Shown in pieces: positions 21,373 to 32,193 of a stretch of 33,023 bases of DNA. Under the pieces are notes generated by a model, which was given only the letters and a program-made list of their open reading frames with translations, had not been told where the DNA came from and did no database searches. Position numbers and translations under genes: made by a program. How positions within the stretch are numbered: the first letter of the stretch is position 1; every line of letters starts with the position of its first letter. The DNA is from Saprolegnia diclina VS20 (Eukaryota), in NCBI RefSeq assembly GCF_000281045.1, contig NW_008246089.1, positions 425,792 through 458,814 on the forward strand, in the 5' to 3' direction.

Positions 21373-21830
21373 CGAGCAGAAGAGCAAACTCAAAATGGAA
21401 TTATAAAGCAAACTCGGAAAAGGCTTGCCAATACCTTTGACGAACGGGACTCGAAGGAGGTTCCGACACCACGTTGGCGTCTCAGCATCGCTACGCAGCG
21501 CCGCCCGACATGTAAATGTATTATTTCTTAGGAAGCACATCATGACCAGTGTCTCTTGTTCGTTTCGAAGGAGGTCCGTGGTACGACGGGCGAGAAGACA
21601 AAGCAACATCTCTTTGCTGTAGCCTTGGTAGCGTCGCTGTAGCAGCGTTCGATGGCTGCGGATGGGTGCATATATTGCTTTACGAATGCACACACAAGTA
21701 CCGAGGGCTGGGCAGATCGCACGTCGACCACGTAGTCGGTAAAGAGCGGTTGGCTGGGTGAAACTCGATTTGCGCGTGAAACCCACCCGGCGTTTCGAGC
21801 CGCAGAAAATACTACCAAAGTTTACACGAG

Positions 21831-24800
21831 ATGCCCCGTGTCTCGCCCGCCCCAGCGCCTCGCGGACCGGACAACGCGATCATTGCACCGTCGTTCGTTG
21901 CGGGCTCGAGACCTGACAACGCGATCATCGCACCGTCGTTCATTGCGGGCTCGAGCCAGAAGCACACACCACGATGGAGCACGATGGCAGGCCTCCTGTA
22001 TATGCTCACGTCGATAGCAGCCACGATCGGCGGGCTCGTTGCGATGGCCGACTACCTCGCCAACGACTTTCTCTGGTTCCAGTTGGACTCGACGGCGCTA
22101 GCTCTGGCCAATGTGATCAATCTCCAGCTACCACAGGTGAGCAGCCAAACGACCTTGGATCTCTTCGCACCGTCGTCTGGTCTCTCCAAGCACGACGCTG
22201 TTGGCAGCAACAGTGCGTACACGCGCTTTCTGCGGTACGAAGCGCTCACGACACTCCAAGACGCAGTGGACGGGCTACGACATCTCGATTTGGTTTACGT
22301 GGCGATGATGGGTGCGCAGTACTGCTGGGTCGACTGGGAACGGCGCTGGGCTATGGCCCACACACTCGCACGCCAAGAGCGCTGCCGCGACCGCTACGGC
22401 GCGAATGGCGCCGTGTACCTCGAGTCCGTGCTGCGCAACATTGACTTTAACGCGTGGGTCGACGTCACGCAAGGGTTGTTTACGCAGCGCATCGGGGACG
22501 GTGTCGCCGAGTCGTCGGCGGATGGACCCGCCTTTCTCGCATACCTCGCGACGCACCAGATGCTGGATCTGGACAGCGAAGTCCACCTCTGGTTGGACGC
22601 GGGTCTGGCTCACTTTGTGATGCAGTACACCAACGCCAACCAGATCGGTCTCCACGACGTTATTCAGATTGAGAACGCGCTCGGTCACGTCATTGCTTTT
22701 GAGATCAAGGACATTCCGGTGGCGAGCCGCGGTGTCCGATGGACCACCGACTACATGTACGGCGGGCTCCAGACGGACCTCAACATCCCCAGCGGCAACC
22801 AAAGCCTCGTGCAGAACGCCAGCACCTTTGTTGGAGACGTGAGCCCAGGTCTCCTTGAAGCCGTCCTCGTGTGCTGGCCCCTACCTCCGGCATTTCAAGC
22901 GCTGCACAACGACATTGGCCCCCTCGACAACATTGATGTGCTCTGGGTCCCCGTGCCGAGCGCAGTGCTCTCGATCGTGCAGACGTTTCGGTCGCTTTTG
23001 TTGGCCCACCTCGCGTCCAGCGCAGCGCTAGTGTCGACACTGGATGCCATCGGCACGCTAGAGCTTCACCCGACACCGCTGCAATGGCAAGACCCGAATC
23101 TTTTCTTCTACGGCGGCAACCCCACGTGTGGCTTTGGCGTCGGCCTTCCGTTCGTGCAAGAGTCGTTCAGCTTTGACGACTCGTGTGGAACGCAAAAGGC
23201 GCTCACGTACTCGCTGTCGCCGATCGCAGGTCTCTTTGCCTGGACGATGCTTGGTGACGTCAACGCCACCGCTTCCATCTGTGCGCTTCTGCCAATCGCC
23301 GAGGTGCATGGCTGTGTACAAGCACTGCACACTGTCGAGGCTGCAGTATTACTTGTGCCGTCGCTCTCGGAGCTTGGATTCCCGACGTCGTCGCTTCCGC
23401 CACTGCAGCTCATGCAGTTTGTCGGTCGCAATACGTCGCCCGTCATCGAGACGCAGCGCCTCCTCGAGGCTTCGTTTGCGTTGTTTGGCTGGCTGAGCGT
23501 TTACGAGTGGGCCATGCAGACGCGCGAGGTCGTTTCCTTCGAAGGCGACGTCGCATCCTGTACACTCATGACATCGGCTGCAACACCAAAGCCCTTGCCT
23601 CCGTATGCACTCCCATCGAGTCTGGGGACGTATCTCTGGTACTGCAGTAACGCGGTGACCATGGTCTTGGTGAGCCTGGCACTCTTGCTGCTTTGTCTTT
23701 GGTTGTGCTGCCACCGACCATCGCACACGCCATGGCGACACTGGAGCCATCTTGTGAGCGCGACGTGGCTCAACCGCGGGCTCTTGATGGCCCGTGGAGG
23801 CGCCGCGCTGCTCTGTTTGTCGTCGGCCGTGCCGCAGTCCGAGGCGACAGCCTTTGGCTCGCAGTTTGATTTGGGCCGCCACCGATCGCTGCTCGCCACG
23901 TCCCTCTTGTCCAGCGAAGCGACGTGGATCCTCTCTGTGCTCCATGAGATGGGTCATCCGCTGACGTCACCGTATACCGCGAGCTACGCACGGTATAGTC
24001 TGGTGTCCGGGTGGCTCTTTCTCGTGGTTCTGGACATTGCGGCGCCAGTCCAAGTCTCGGTGACTCTGGAGCGTAGCTGCTCGTCTCAAAACATGGACCG
24101 GGTGCTCTATTGTACGAGCGGACACATTGTCATCGGTCGCTTTGACCGTGTCTGCACCAACGTCGCAGGGCTCGTCGCCGCAGCGTGTGGCAGCTACCTC
24201 GTTGTGCGACTGTGGACCGTATTGAGGGATGCGGAAGAGACGCCGTCGCTCTTGCTCAACTCGGCAGCGATTGCCTTTATGAACCGGAAGGAGCGAGTGC
24301 GCGCACCCAACAACGTTGTGACAGCGGCCATGGTCGGCGTCCTTCGCATNNNNNNNNNNNNNNNNNNNNNNNNNNNNNNNNNNNNNNNNNNNNNNNNNNN
24401 NNNNNNNNNNNNNNNNNNNNNNNNNNNNNNNNNNNNNNNNNNNNNNNNNNNNNNNNNNNNNNNNNNNNNNNNNNNNNNNNNNNNNNNNNNNNNNNNNNNN
24501 NNNNNNNNNNNNNNNNNNNNNNNNNNNNNNNNNNNNNNNNNNNNNNNNNNNNNNNNNNNNNNNNNNNNNNNNNNNNNNNNNNNNNNNNNNNNNNNNNNNN
24601 NNNNNNNNNNNNNNNNNNNNNNNNNNNNNNNNNNNNNNNNNNNNNNNNNNNNNNNNNNNNNNNNNNNNNNNNNNNNNNNNNNNNNNNNNNNNNNNNNNNN
24701 NNNNNNNNNNNNNNNNNNNNNNNNNNNNNNNNNNNNNNNNNNNNNNNNNNNNNNNNNNNNNNNNNNNNNNNNNNNNNNNNNNNNCTCATCTCGACCAATA

Positions 24801-27286
24801 TGACACTTGACTTGAGCAGCCCTGCGCTGACCGACATTTCGCAGCTCTACAATGACTCGATGGCGTCGATTGCCTGGAGCGCTCACGCTCCCCGGCGTCA
24901 GCTCCTGGACACCAGCGTACCTCTCACTCGTTTTGCGCAAGGCCTTCGAGACATGAACCCGTGTATGCTGCCGTGGATGTTTACGCAGTACTGCTGGCTC
25001 GACTTGGATCGACATTGGGCCATGGCCAGCACCACCAAGCGTCAAGCGCGATGTGTTGCGTCTCAGATGGACAATGGCGCAGTGTACTTGGAGATTCCGC
25101 TTCGCAACGTTCGTGACTGGGCCGCGTGGGATCATTGCTGGGGTGTCTCGTTTGAGATTGGTTTTGTGTTGCACCTGCAGACTTCGCAGCATGGACAACA
25201 GTGGCTCTCGAATCTCAAACTCAACATCAATTCTGTTGATGACGAAGTGGCTCTCTGGCGTCTCTACAACATTACGCGGTTTCAGTTGCAGTGGCAAAAC
25301 TACAAGACGATTGGCATGGTCGATACCTTCTCGATCACGTCGGCACTGGGCTACACGTCATCACTGACGCTGAGTCGNNNNNNNNNNNNNNNNNNNNNNN
25401 NNNNNNNNNNNNNNNNNNNNNNNNNNNNNNNNNNNNNNNNNNNNNNNNNNNNNNNNNNNNNNNNNNNNNNNNNNNNNNNNNNNNNNNNNNNNNNNNNNNN
25501 NNNNNNNNNNNNNNNNNNNNNNNNNNNNNNNNNNNNNNNNNNNNNNNNNNNNNNNNNNNNNNNNNNNNNNNNNNNNNNNNNNNNNNNNNNNNNNNNNNNN
25601 NNNNNNNNNNNNNNNNNNNNNNNNNNNNNNNNNNNNNNNNNNNNNNNNNNNNNNNNNNNNNNNNNNNNNNNNNNNNNNNNNNNNNNNNNNNNNNNNNNNN
25701 NNNNNNNNNNNNNNNNNNNNNNNNNNNNNNNNNNNNNNNNNNNNNNNNNNNNNNNNNNNNNNNNNNNNNNNNNNNNNNNNNNNNNNNNNNNNNNNNNNNN
25801 NNNNNNNNNNNNNNNNNNNNNNNNNNNNNNNNNNNNNNNNNNNNNNNNNNNNNNNNNNNNNNNNNNNNNNNNNNNNNNNNNNNNNNNNNNNNNNNNNNNN
25901 NNNNNNNNNNNNNNNNNNNNNNCGTGCCACGCTCTCTTCCTCGAGGTGCTACTGCCGTCGACAGCAGAGCTCTTCTTTGCACTTCTCGCGTTCAACGCAT
26001 CCCACGGCCCCATGGTCAGCGAAGACGCAAGTGCCTTGTGTCGCTTGGACGCGTGTGCGGGAGCGACCTGCGCATCTGCACTCAGCACGCTCGTCGCCTT
26101 CTTGGAGCAGTATATGGACACGTCCTTCTCCTCGCTGCCACCGCTCTTTCAAAGAAGCACGGACGATCTTCTAGCACTGGACATCCAAATGATCCAGTAC
26201 TACTCGGACACGACGAATACCGACACGCAGCTGTACCAGATCAACCTCCTCGAGCCCAGCGAGCGTCTCTGGACGTTTTACGGTTGGCTTTTCCTCTACG
26301 AGTGGCTCAGTGGCCACCGCGAAGTCGTCTCGTTTCAAGGCGACACTGGACGTATCACAACAATGGCGACGGCGTACCCTGCCTCAGCGATAACCCCCGA
26401 CCCGCACGAGATTCCCACAAGTTTCTCACTCGCGACTCTCGGCTGCACCGTCTACATCACGTCGATTCTCATCGGCGTCACGTGCGTCCTCGCTGGCTAC
26501 ATCCTCAGTATGCGCGGCGTCGGCATGGAAGCCAACAACCTATTTGAGCTGAACCGGGTCGTGGGCCACGTCTGGGCCGGGCGCAGCTTCATCTTGCTCC
26601 GGAGCGTGACTGCAATTTGGATGCTCAACACGGCGCCGCTGCTGCTGACGCAAGTGGGACAAGCGACGTCCTTTACGTCGCCGCCACTTCCATGGTACCA
26701 AACGATCCTCGCGGCGGGGGAAAGTACGTGGCTCGTCTATGCGCTCAACGACTTTGGCAGCTGCGTCACACTGCAGTATACGACCGCGTATGCCTACAAG
26801 AGCTCGCTCTCGACGTGGTTCGTTTTGGTCCTTTGGTCCTTTGTCGCACCACTCTCGTACTCGGCGACTCTGGAGCGACACTGCACGTTTGTCGACATGG
26901 ACGCAGGCTTAGTTTGCTCCAGTGCGTCCATCCACCTTGGCTCGACTCGACGTGTCCTGGGCGTCGTCGGCGTTGCTCTGAGCTGCGTCGGCGTCTGGTT
27001 TGGCTGCGAGCGATGGCGTCTGCGAGGCATGGCACCGCATGACGTCCACTCGCTTCTCCTCAGCGCCCACTGCATCTACATGCTGGACTTTACGCACTGG
27101 AAGCACAGGGGCGCGTACTACCTCGACAAGACATCGGCAGTCCTCGCTGGGTTAGTAAGCCTTGAGTTCCATGACAAGTTGTACATCTTTGACATCAAGA
27201 CGTGGCGGCTCTTCTCGTGCGCGCCTTCAAAAGACCACACACAACCCCAGCACTTTCAAAATGCGATTCCGCTGAGCCAGCTCTAA
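21831..27286 (+). CDS. Large two-repeat multi-pass membrane protein, copy B (interrupted by two assembly gaps)
   Basis: Segments 21831-24349, 24785-25377 and 25923-27286 are collinear with copy C and end ..FDIKTWR..FQNAIPLSQL*. The apparent frame change across gap 1 is explained by gap-size error: 435 N versus 358 nt in copy A (586-943). Confidence 0.88.
21867..21956 (+). repeat. In-frame 45-bp tandem duplication (PDNAIIAPSF[V/I]AGS[R/S] x2)
   Basis: Units are 21867-21911 and 21912-21956. Copy A has only one unit. Confidence 0.9.
24350..24784. other. Assembly gap (435 N)
   Basis: Run of N. Confidence 1.
25378..25922. other. Assembly gap (545 N)
   Basis: Run of N. Confidence 1.
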
Positions 27287-27539
27287 GCAACTAAGTTACA
27301 ACGCATAACAAACTAATCCCCTACATAATAGATCGATTTTATACCCTTGCATCAGGCACAACGTAGTGCAGAGGAGCCACCACCCGCGCATTCGGATGGT
27401 CGTGGTGGCAGCGCCAAACGTGCGCAACGGAGGCGACAACTGCTCTGGCCCAACCAGTTGTCCTCCGTAGCTAGACGTAGTTCCGTAGAAATGACCACAA
27501 GATGGAACACTTGGTACCCACGGACAATGGCCAAGATCG

Positions 27540-28463
27540 AGATCACCAAGCTCAGCACGTCCACGCCTTGATGCTCACAGACGCCCCGACAAAGACGCGC
27601 GCAACAAGCTATCACCGCCTCACCCAAGCTGTGAACGACAAGTGCAGCAGCAGAGCCCTCGGACCACACGTGAACGCCAAACACCCAGTGGCTCGGCTGC
27701 AACGACGGTCGACGCCTACAAGTGTGGCCCGCTGCCGAGCCCGACTCTCAAGCCGCCATGGCTGGTTCGCCTGCACAACGCGACGAAGCTGTTGACCCAG
27801 ACGACACCGGCCGCAGCCATGCCCAGCCAAGGACTAACATCCAGCTCCCGACCCGCCATTTGGACGTCGACGACGACTTTTACCAGTCGACTGCAGCCGT
27901 CGCCTCTGCTGCCGAGCTTGGACAACCCGATGCCATCTTGCCCAAGTACGCCGACTTCGTCTGCCAAATGATGCTTCGCGCGGTCACGTTCCGCGCTCAT
28001 TTGCACTGGCTCGACAGGGCCGATCAGGCGTGCCTCTGTTGCCCCGAGCACGAGACGTACCGCCACTTTCTCGTCGACTGCGACTTCATCACGGACGTGT
28101 AGAGCACGCTCCTTGCGGTCACAGCCCCCTTGGGTGTAGTCTTGCCGACAACACTCTCGGCTCCCTCTTCTCGACGCTGAAGACGGTCTCCAACATGCAC
28201 CGAGCTACCTCTGGCGCGTCCGGGAGATGGCTCACTGTCGCCTTCTCCGGCTCCTCGCTCAACACGAGTGGCACCTTGTCCCGCATTTGCCGGCCTCGAT
28301 CAAGATCAACACCAGCGCCGACACAACCAAGAGCGTCCGACACTTGTCCTCCCACTTCAACCCCAACGGAGGCGAGATCTCCGCCAGCTCCCACCTCGGT
28401 GCCTACCCTAGCCCTAGAGAGCTAGACCAAGTTTTCCCGCAAGTTTGCCCTCGTCTGCACTAG
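27540..28463 (+). mobile_element. Degenerate non-LTR (LINE, L1/Tx1-like) retrotransposon 3' fragment with zf-RVT zinc knuckle
   Basis: About 27935-28102 translates as ILPKYADFVCQMMLRAVTFRAHLHWLDRADQACLCCPEHETYRHFLVDCDFITDV*. This fits the zf-RVT pattern PK..F.W....CxxC..ET..H....C.F...W, with the terminal Trp replaced by TAG. Flanking frames are broken and the boundaries are approximate. Confidence 0.7.
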
Positions 28464-28530
28464 TAGGTTAGTAGGCAGACCCGTGAACTTGAAGAAGTAC
28501 CATACACACATTGTCATTTAGAGAGGTTGC

Positions 28531-30198
28531 TTAGGCAAGGTACCGCTTCAGGAGCGCCGACGTCGAGCTGTTGAAGCCCTGGAGCGGCGCGGCCGCGTTG
28601 GTGCGCGACGCGCTGAGCTGGTTGCGGACCTGCGTCGCGAGGACCTTGCCGAGCTCGACGCCCCACTGGTCAAAGCTGTTGAGGCCCCAGATCGCGCCCT
28701 GGACCACGGTGCGGTGCTCGTACAAGGCGAGGAGCTGGCCGCACGCAAACGCATCGAGCGATCCGTGGAAGAGGAGCGAGACCGACGGGCGGTTGCCCGG
28801 GAACGCCTTGTGCGGGCGGAGCGCCTCGGGCACGCCTTCGGCCGCGAGCTCTTCGACGGTCTTGCCGTTGGCGAGCGCATCCGGCTGCGCGAAAAAGTTG
28901 GACATGAGCTCGTCGTGGTTCGAGACCTTCTCGCCGCTGAGGTGCGTCGGCGTCTGCGACTTGCAAAACGCAATAAAGTCGCAGGGCACGACACGGCCTT
29001 GGTGGATCAGCTGGTAAAAGCTGTGCTGGCCGTTCGTGCCGGGCTCGCCAAAGTTGATTTCGCCGGCCGCGAACGGGAGCACCGAGCCGTCGAGCGCGAC
29101 GCGCTTCCCGTTCGACTCCATGTCGACCTGCTGGATGTGCGCGGCGAAGCGAAGGAGTGCCTGCGCATACGGCAGCATCGCGCGCGTGGCATGGCCCAAG
29201 AACGACGAGTTCCAAATGCCGAGGAGGCCGAGGAGCACCGGGAGGTTCTCACGCAGCGGCGCGTTCAGCAAATGCTCGTCAAGGTCGTGGGCACCAGCCA
29301 GGAACGCGTCGGTAATGTCGGCGCCGTAGTGGAGCGCCAGCGGGACAATACCGACGGCCGAGCACACGCTGTAGCGGCCGCCGACCCAGTCCCAAAAGCC
29401 AAACACGTTTTCGGGCGCAATACCAAACTCCTGCGCCTTGGGCACGGCCGCCGAGACCGCAATCATGTGGTGGCGGATCGCGTCCGCGGCCGAGACGCCG
29501 TGGGCGGCCAAGCCGTCGACGAGCCACTTGCGGAGCGTGCGCGCGTTGAGCATCGTCTCGGCGGTCGTGAACGTCTTGGAGACGACGACGACGAGCGTGT
29601 CTTCGGGGTTGAGGCCCTCGACCGCGCGCGCAGCGTCGACAGGGTCGACGTTGGCAAGGAAGCGGAGCGTGCGGCCGGCGGCCGCGGCCTTGGCGACCTT
29701 TTCGTGGCGGAGCGCTTCAAAGACGTACTCGGGGCCGAGGTAGCTGCCACCAATGCCGATCGACACGACGTTGAGGAGCTTCTTGCCCGTCGCGCCATGG
29801 GCCACGCCGCTGCGGACGCGGTCCGAAAACTTGCGGATCGCGCGCAGCACGTCGTGCACGTCCTCGACAACGTTCTTGCCGTCGACGTACATGGGCTTGG
29901 TCGCGGGGCTGCGGAGCGCCATGTGCATCACGGCGCGGTCCTCCGTTTTGTTGACGTGCTCGCCGCTGGCAATCGCCGCCAGCTTCTGGCGCAGCTGCGC
30001 GGCCTCGGCGAGGTCGAAGAGCAAGTCCATCGTCTCCAAGGTGGCGTTCTGGCGCGAGTAGTCGAGCGTGATACCGTTGTGCTCGGCCACCAAGGCCGCG
30101 TTACGGGCTTCGTCCTTGAGGAGCGTGCGCAGGTGCGTGGCCTTGATGGCGTCGGCGTGGGCCGTGAGGCGCGTCCACTGCGGCGTGTCGTTGATCAT
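28531..30198 (-). CDS. GPI: Glucose-6-phosphate isomerase, 555 aa, intronless
   Basis: Motifs [64 protein letters not shown] and [12 protein letters not shown]. Confidence 0.98.
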   Translation of the reverse strand: MINDTPQWTRLTAHADAIKATHLRTLLKDEARNAALVAEHNGITLDYSRQNATLETMDLLFDLAEAAQLRQKLAAIASGEHVNKTEDRAVMHMALRSPATKPMYVDGKNVVEDVHDVLRAIRKFSDRVRSGVAHGATGKKLLNVVSIGIGGSYLGPEYVFEALRHEKVAKAAAAGRTLRFLANVDPVDAARAVEGLNPEDTLVVVVSKTFTTAETMLNARTLRKWLVDGLAAHGVSAADAIRHHMIAVSAAVPKAQEFGIAPENVFGFWDWVGGRYSVCSAVGIVPLALHYGADITDAFLAGAHDLDEHLLNAPLRENLPVLLGLLGIWNSSFLGHATRAMLPYAQALLRFAAHIQQVDMESNGKRVALDGSVLPFAAGEINFGEPGTNGQHSFYQLIHQGRVVPCDFIAFCKSQTPTHLSGEKVSNHDELMSNFFAQPDALANGKTVEELAAEGVPEALRPHKAFPGNRPSVSLLFHGSLDAFACGQLLALYEHRTVVQGAIWGLNSFDQWGVELGKVLATQVRNQLSASRTNAAAPLQGFNSSTSALLKRYLA

Positions 30199-30635
30199 TG
30201 TGCTTGGTCGGACGGTGGCAAAAGCCGAAATGAGGGGTTTTCCTCAATAGCCAAAACGCGTATTCAGATTGAGACATCCTTTTGTACAGGATATCAAAAG
30301 ATAGAGGTTCCGGACCCGAATCCACCACCGGATTCACTTCGCGTGCCAGGGACCATGCAAGGCGGCCAAGAATCAAGCGACGCACACGCACATAGCAACG
30401 AGGTCTTGGGTACGATGCCCGTGTAAGCTCTATACGACGTTGTGTTTGGCCTTTGGACCCTATTTCCCATTTGCACGTTGTACTTTAGTTTTCATTTTGA
30501 GTTTGAGAGCGAGCAGAGGCAGGTGCAATGCACTGGTGTTGCTGCAGTGGCAAGCGGCCCTTGCCTCATCGCGTGCAATGGGTAGCGTACGTACAGGAGA
30601 CTAGGCTGTATGTAGCACGACGCCAGGACCGTCAC

Positions 30636-30667
30636 GAGTCTCGAGAGTCGAGAGTCTCGAGAGTCGA
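30636..30667. repeat. 16-bp direct tandem repeat (gagtctcgagagtcga x2)
   Basis: Seen directly in the intergenic region between GPI and the phosphatase. Confidence 0.8.
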
Positions 30668-31483
30668 GGTGGCAGAAACAGGGCTATCACTGCAGGCATC
30701 ACCTGTGAGAGACTAGAGGATGTTCAAGTTGTCGCGGTGCTGCCGCCCTGCGATTGGCCCACTTCAGATTCAGGGCTCGGGTGCAACTTGCGGCCATGTG
30801 ACAAGCACCGAAGCTAGCTCCCGAGAAGATTCGGCTTCGCGCAATACTACGGCCGTAGAAGGCACCAAGGCGCCAAGCACATCGCCGCCGTGACGCCAAC
30901 AAAGGCCATGTGCGTGTTCATGCAGCAGAGCGCGATGAGATGCGACAGACGGCGAGTAGCCGTGCACGGCGCACACGTGGCACGATGATGGCAAGGATCG
31001 GCCGTGTCATGCTCTCGCGATGATGACGCCGCTTCTCGTGCCAATGGGCTAACGGACACCACAGGGATACGACGTCGAGGCGCCACCACTGGGCCACGTG
31101 ACAGGCAAAGGCTCTTGTCGCTTGGTCCACCGTGGCTGTCGTACAGCGAGTCCTCGCCATCAGAAATGGCGATGATGTGGACACTGACGCCTGTGCAGCG
31201 AGATTTCGCATGGTGGGAGTATGTCTAATGCGATCGGACACGCATAACACCCGCGTGTGTCGGTTGCCGCCTTGAGCAAACAAGGCCGGCGTCAGTGCTT
31301 TGCAGCTCTACAGGACGTGGTACGGCCAGAGCTGTCCAGAGGGGAAACAACGCCGCTAGTCCCGTCTACTAGTCGCTTGACAGCATCGAGGCGAGGTTAG
31401 TCGTCGTGGTCTTGGTTGCACGGACGATCGCGATGCTATCCGGAAGATACCGTCTGCCAACCGGATGACACAACCCGTGGACG

Positions 31484-31936
31484 ATGGTGCTGCTTCTCTT
31501 CGTGTGCACGAGCAACACGTGCCGGTCGCCGATGGCGGAGGCGCTCGCCAAGCGCTGGCTTCGGGAGCATCCGGTGCCAGGTCTGCGCGTCGGCTCGATC
31601 GCTCTATCGGACGAGTTTGAGCCGCCCAACAGCCCCGCGTCGGCCTTTGGCATCGCCGCCATGCAGCGCCGGGGCATCGACCTGCATCTTCACCGGTCGC
31701 GCCTCGTCAACTGCGCGCTCATCGAGTCCGCAGACGTCGTGTATTGCGTCACGGCGCGCCACGAGCGCATGCTTCGCGCGCTCTTCCCGACGCTGCGGGC
31801 AACCGTGCGTATCTTTCCAAGTGACATTGCCGACCCGTGGCACCAAGACGCGTCCGTGTACGAAGCCTGCGCCGCTCAGATTCAAGCTGCCATTGACGTC
31901 ATCATGCCGGTCATCGTCCGAGACTTTGTCTCGTGA
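31484..31936 (+). CDS. Low-molecular-weight phosphatase family protein (LMW-PTP/YwlE/ArsC fold), 150 aa
   Basis: N-terminal P-loop LFVCTSNTCRSPMAEAL (C-x5-R-S), then GIDLHLHRSR, ADVVYCVT..H and the general-acid loop DIADPW. Confidence 0.92.
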   Translation: MVLLLFVCTSNTCRSPMAEALAKRWLREHPVPGLRVGSIALSDEFEPPNSPASAFGIAAMQRRGIDLHLHRSRLVNCALIESADVVYCVTARHERMLRALFPTLRATVRIFPSDIADPWHQDASVYEACAAQIQAAIDVIMPVIVRDFVS

Positions 31937-32029
31937 TGGCAGCTGCATCCTCTTGGTCTGATCATGGCCAGTCGCTATAAGATCTTGCTCCGCTGCAACA
32001 TCGTCGTTGTATGCAGCATCTATACACGC

Positions 32030-32067
32030 CCTGCGAAACGAGGCTTGGCCTGCGAAACGAGGCTTGG
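32030..32067. repeat. 19-bp tandem duplication (cctgcgaaacgaggcttgg x2)
   Basis: Units are 32030-32048 and 32049-32067. They sit at the outer edge of sequence homologous to the inverted-repeat arm. Confidence 0.85.
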
Positions 32068-32093
32068 AGGCAACGACCTAGCAGGACATAGTA

Positions 32094-32193
32094 NNNNNNN
32101 NNNNNNNNNNNNNNNNNNNNNNNNNNNNNNNNNNNNNNNNNNNNNNNNNNNNNNNNNNNNNNNNNNNNNNNNNNNNNNNNNNNNNNNNNNNNN
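32094..32193. other. Assembly gap (100 N, unsized)
   Basis: Run of exactly 100 N. Confidence 1.

Noticed and set aside
24185..27286. Copy B as a frameshifted pseudogene or two separate genes (990-aa and 1033-aa ORFs)
   Set aside because: The frame change falls in an N gap whose size (435) differs from the homologous 358 nt in copy A, and no stops occur in the sequenced parts.
28714..30426. 570-aa plus-strand ORF
   Set aside because: It is the antisense shadow of GPI caused by GC-rich codon bias and has no recognisable protein features.
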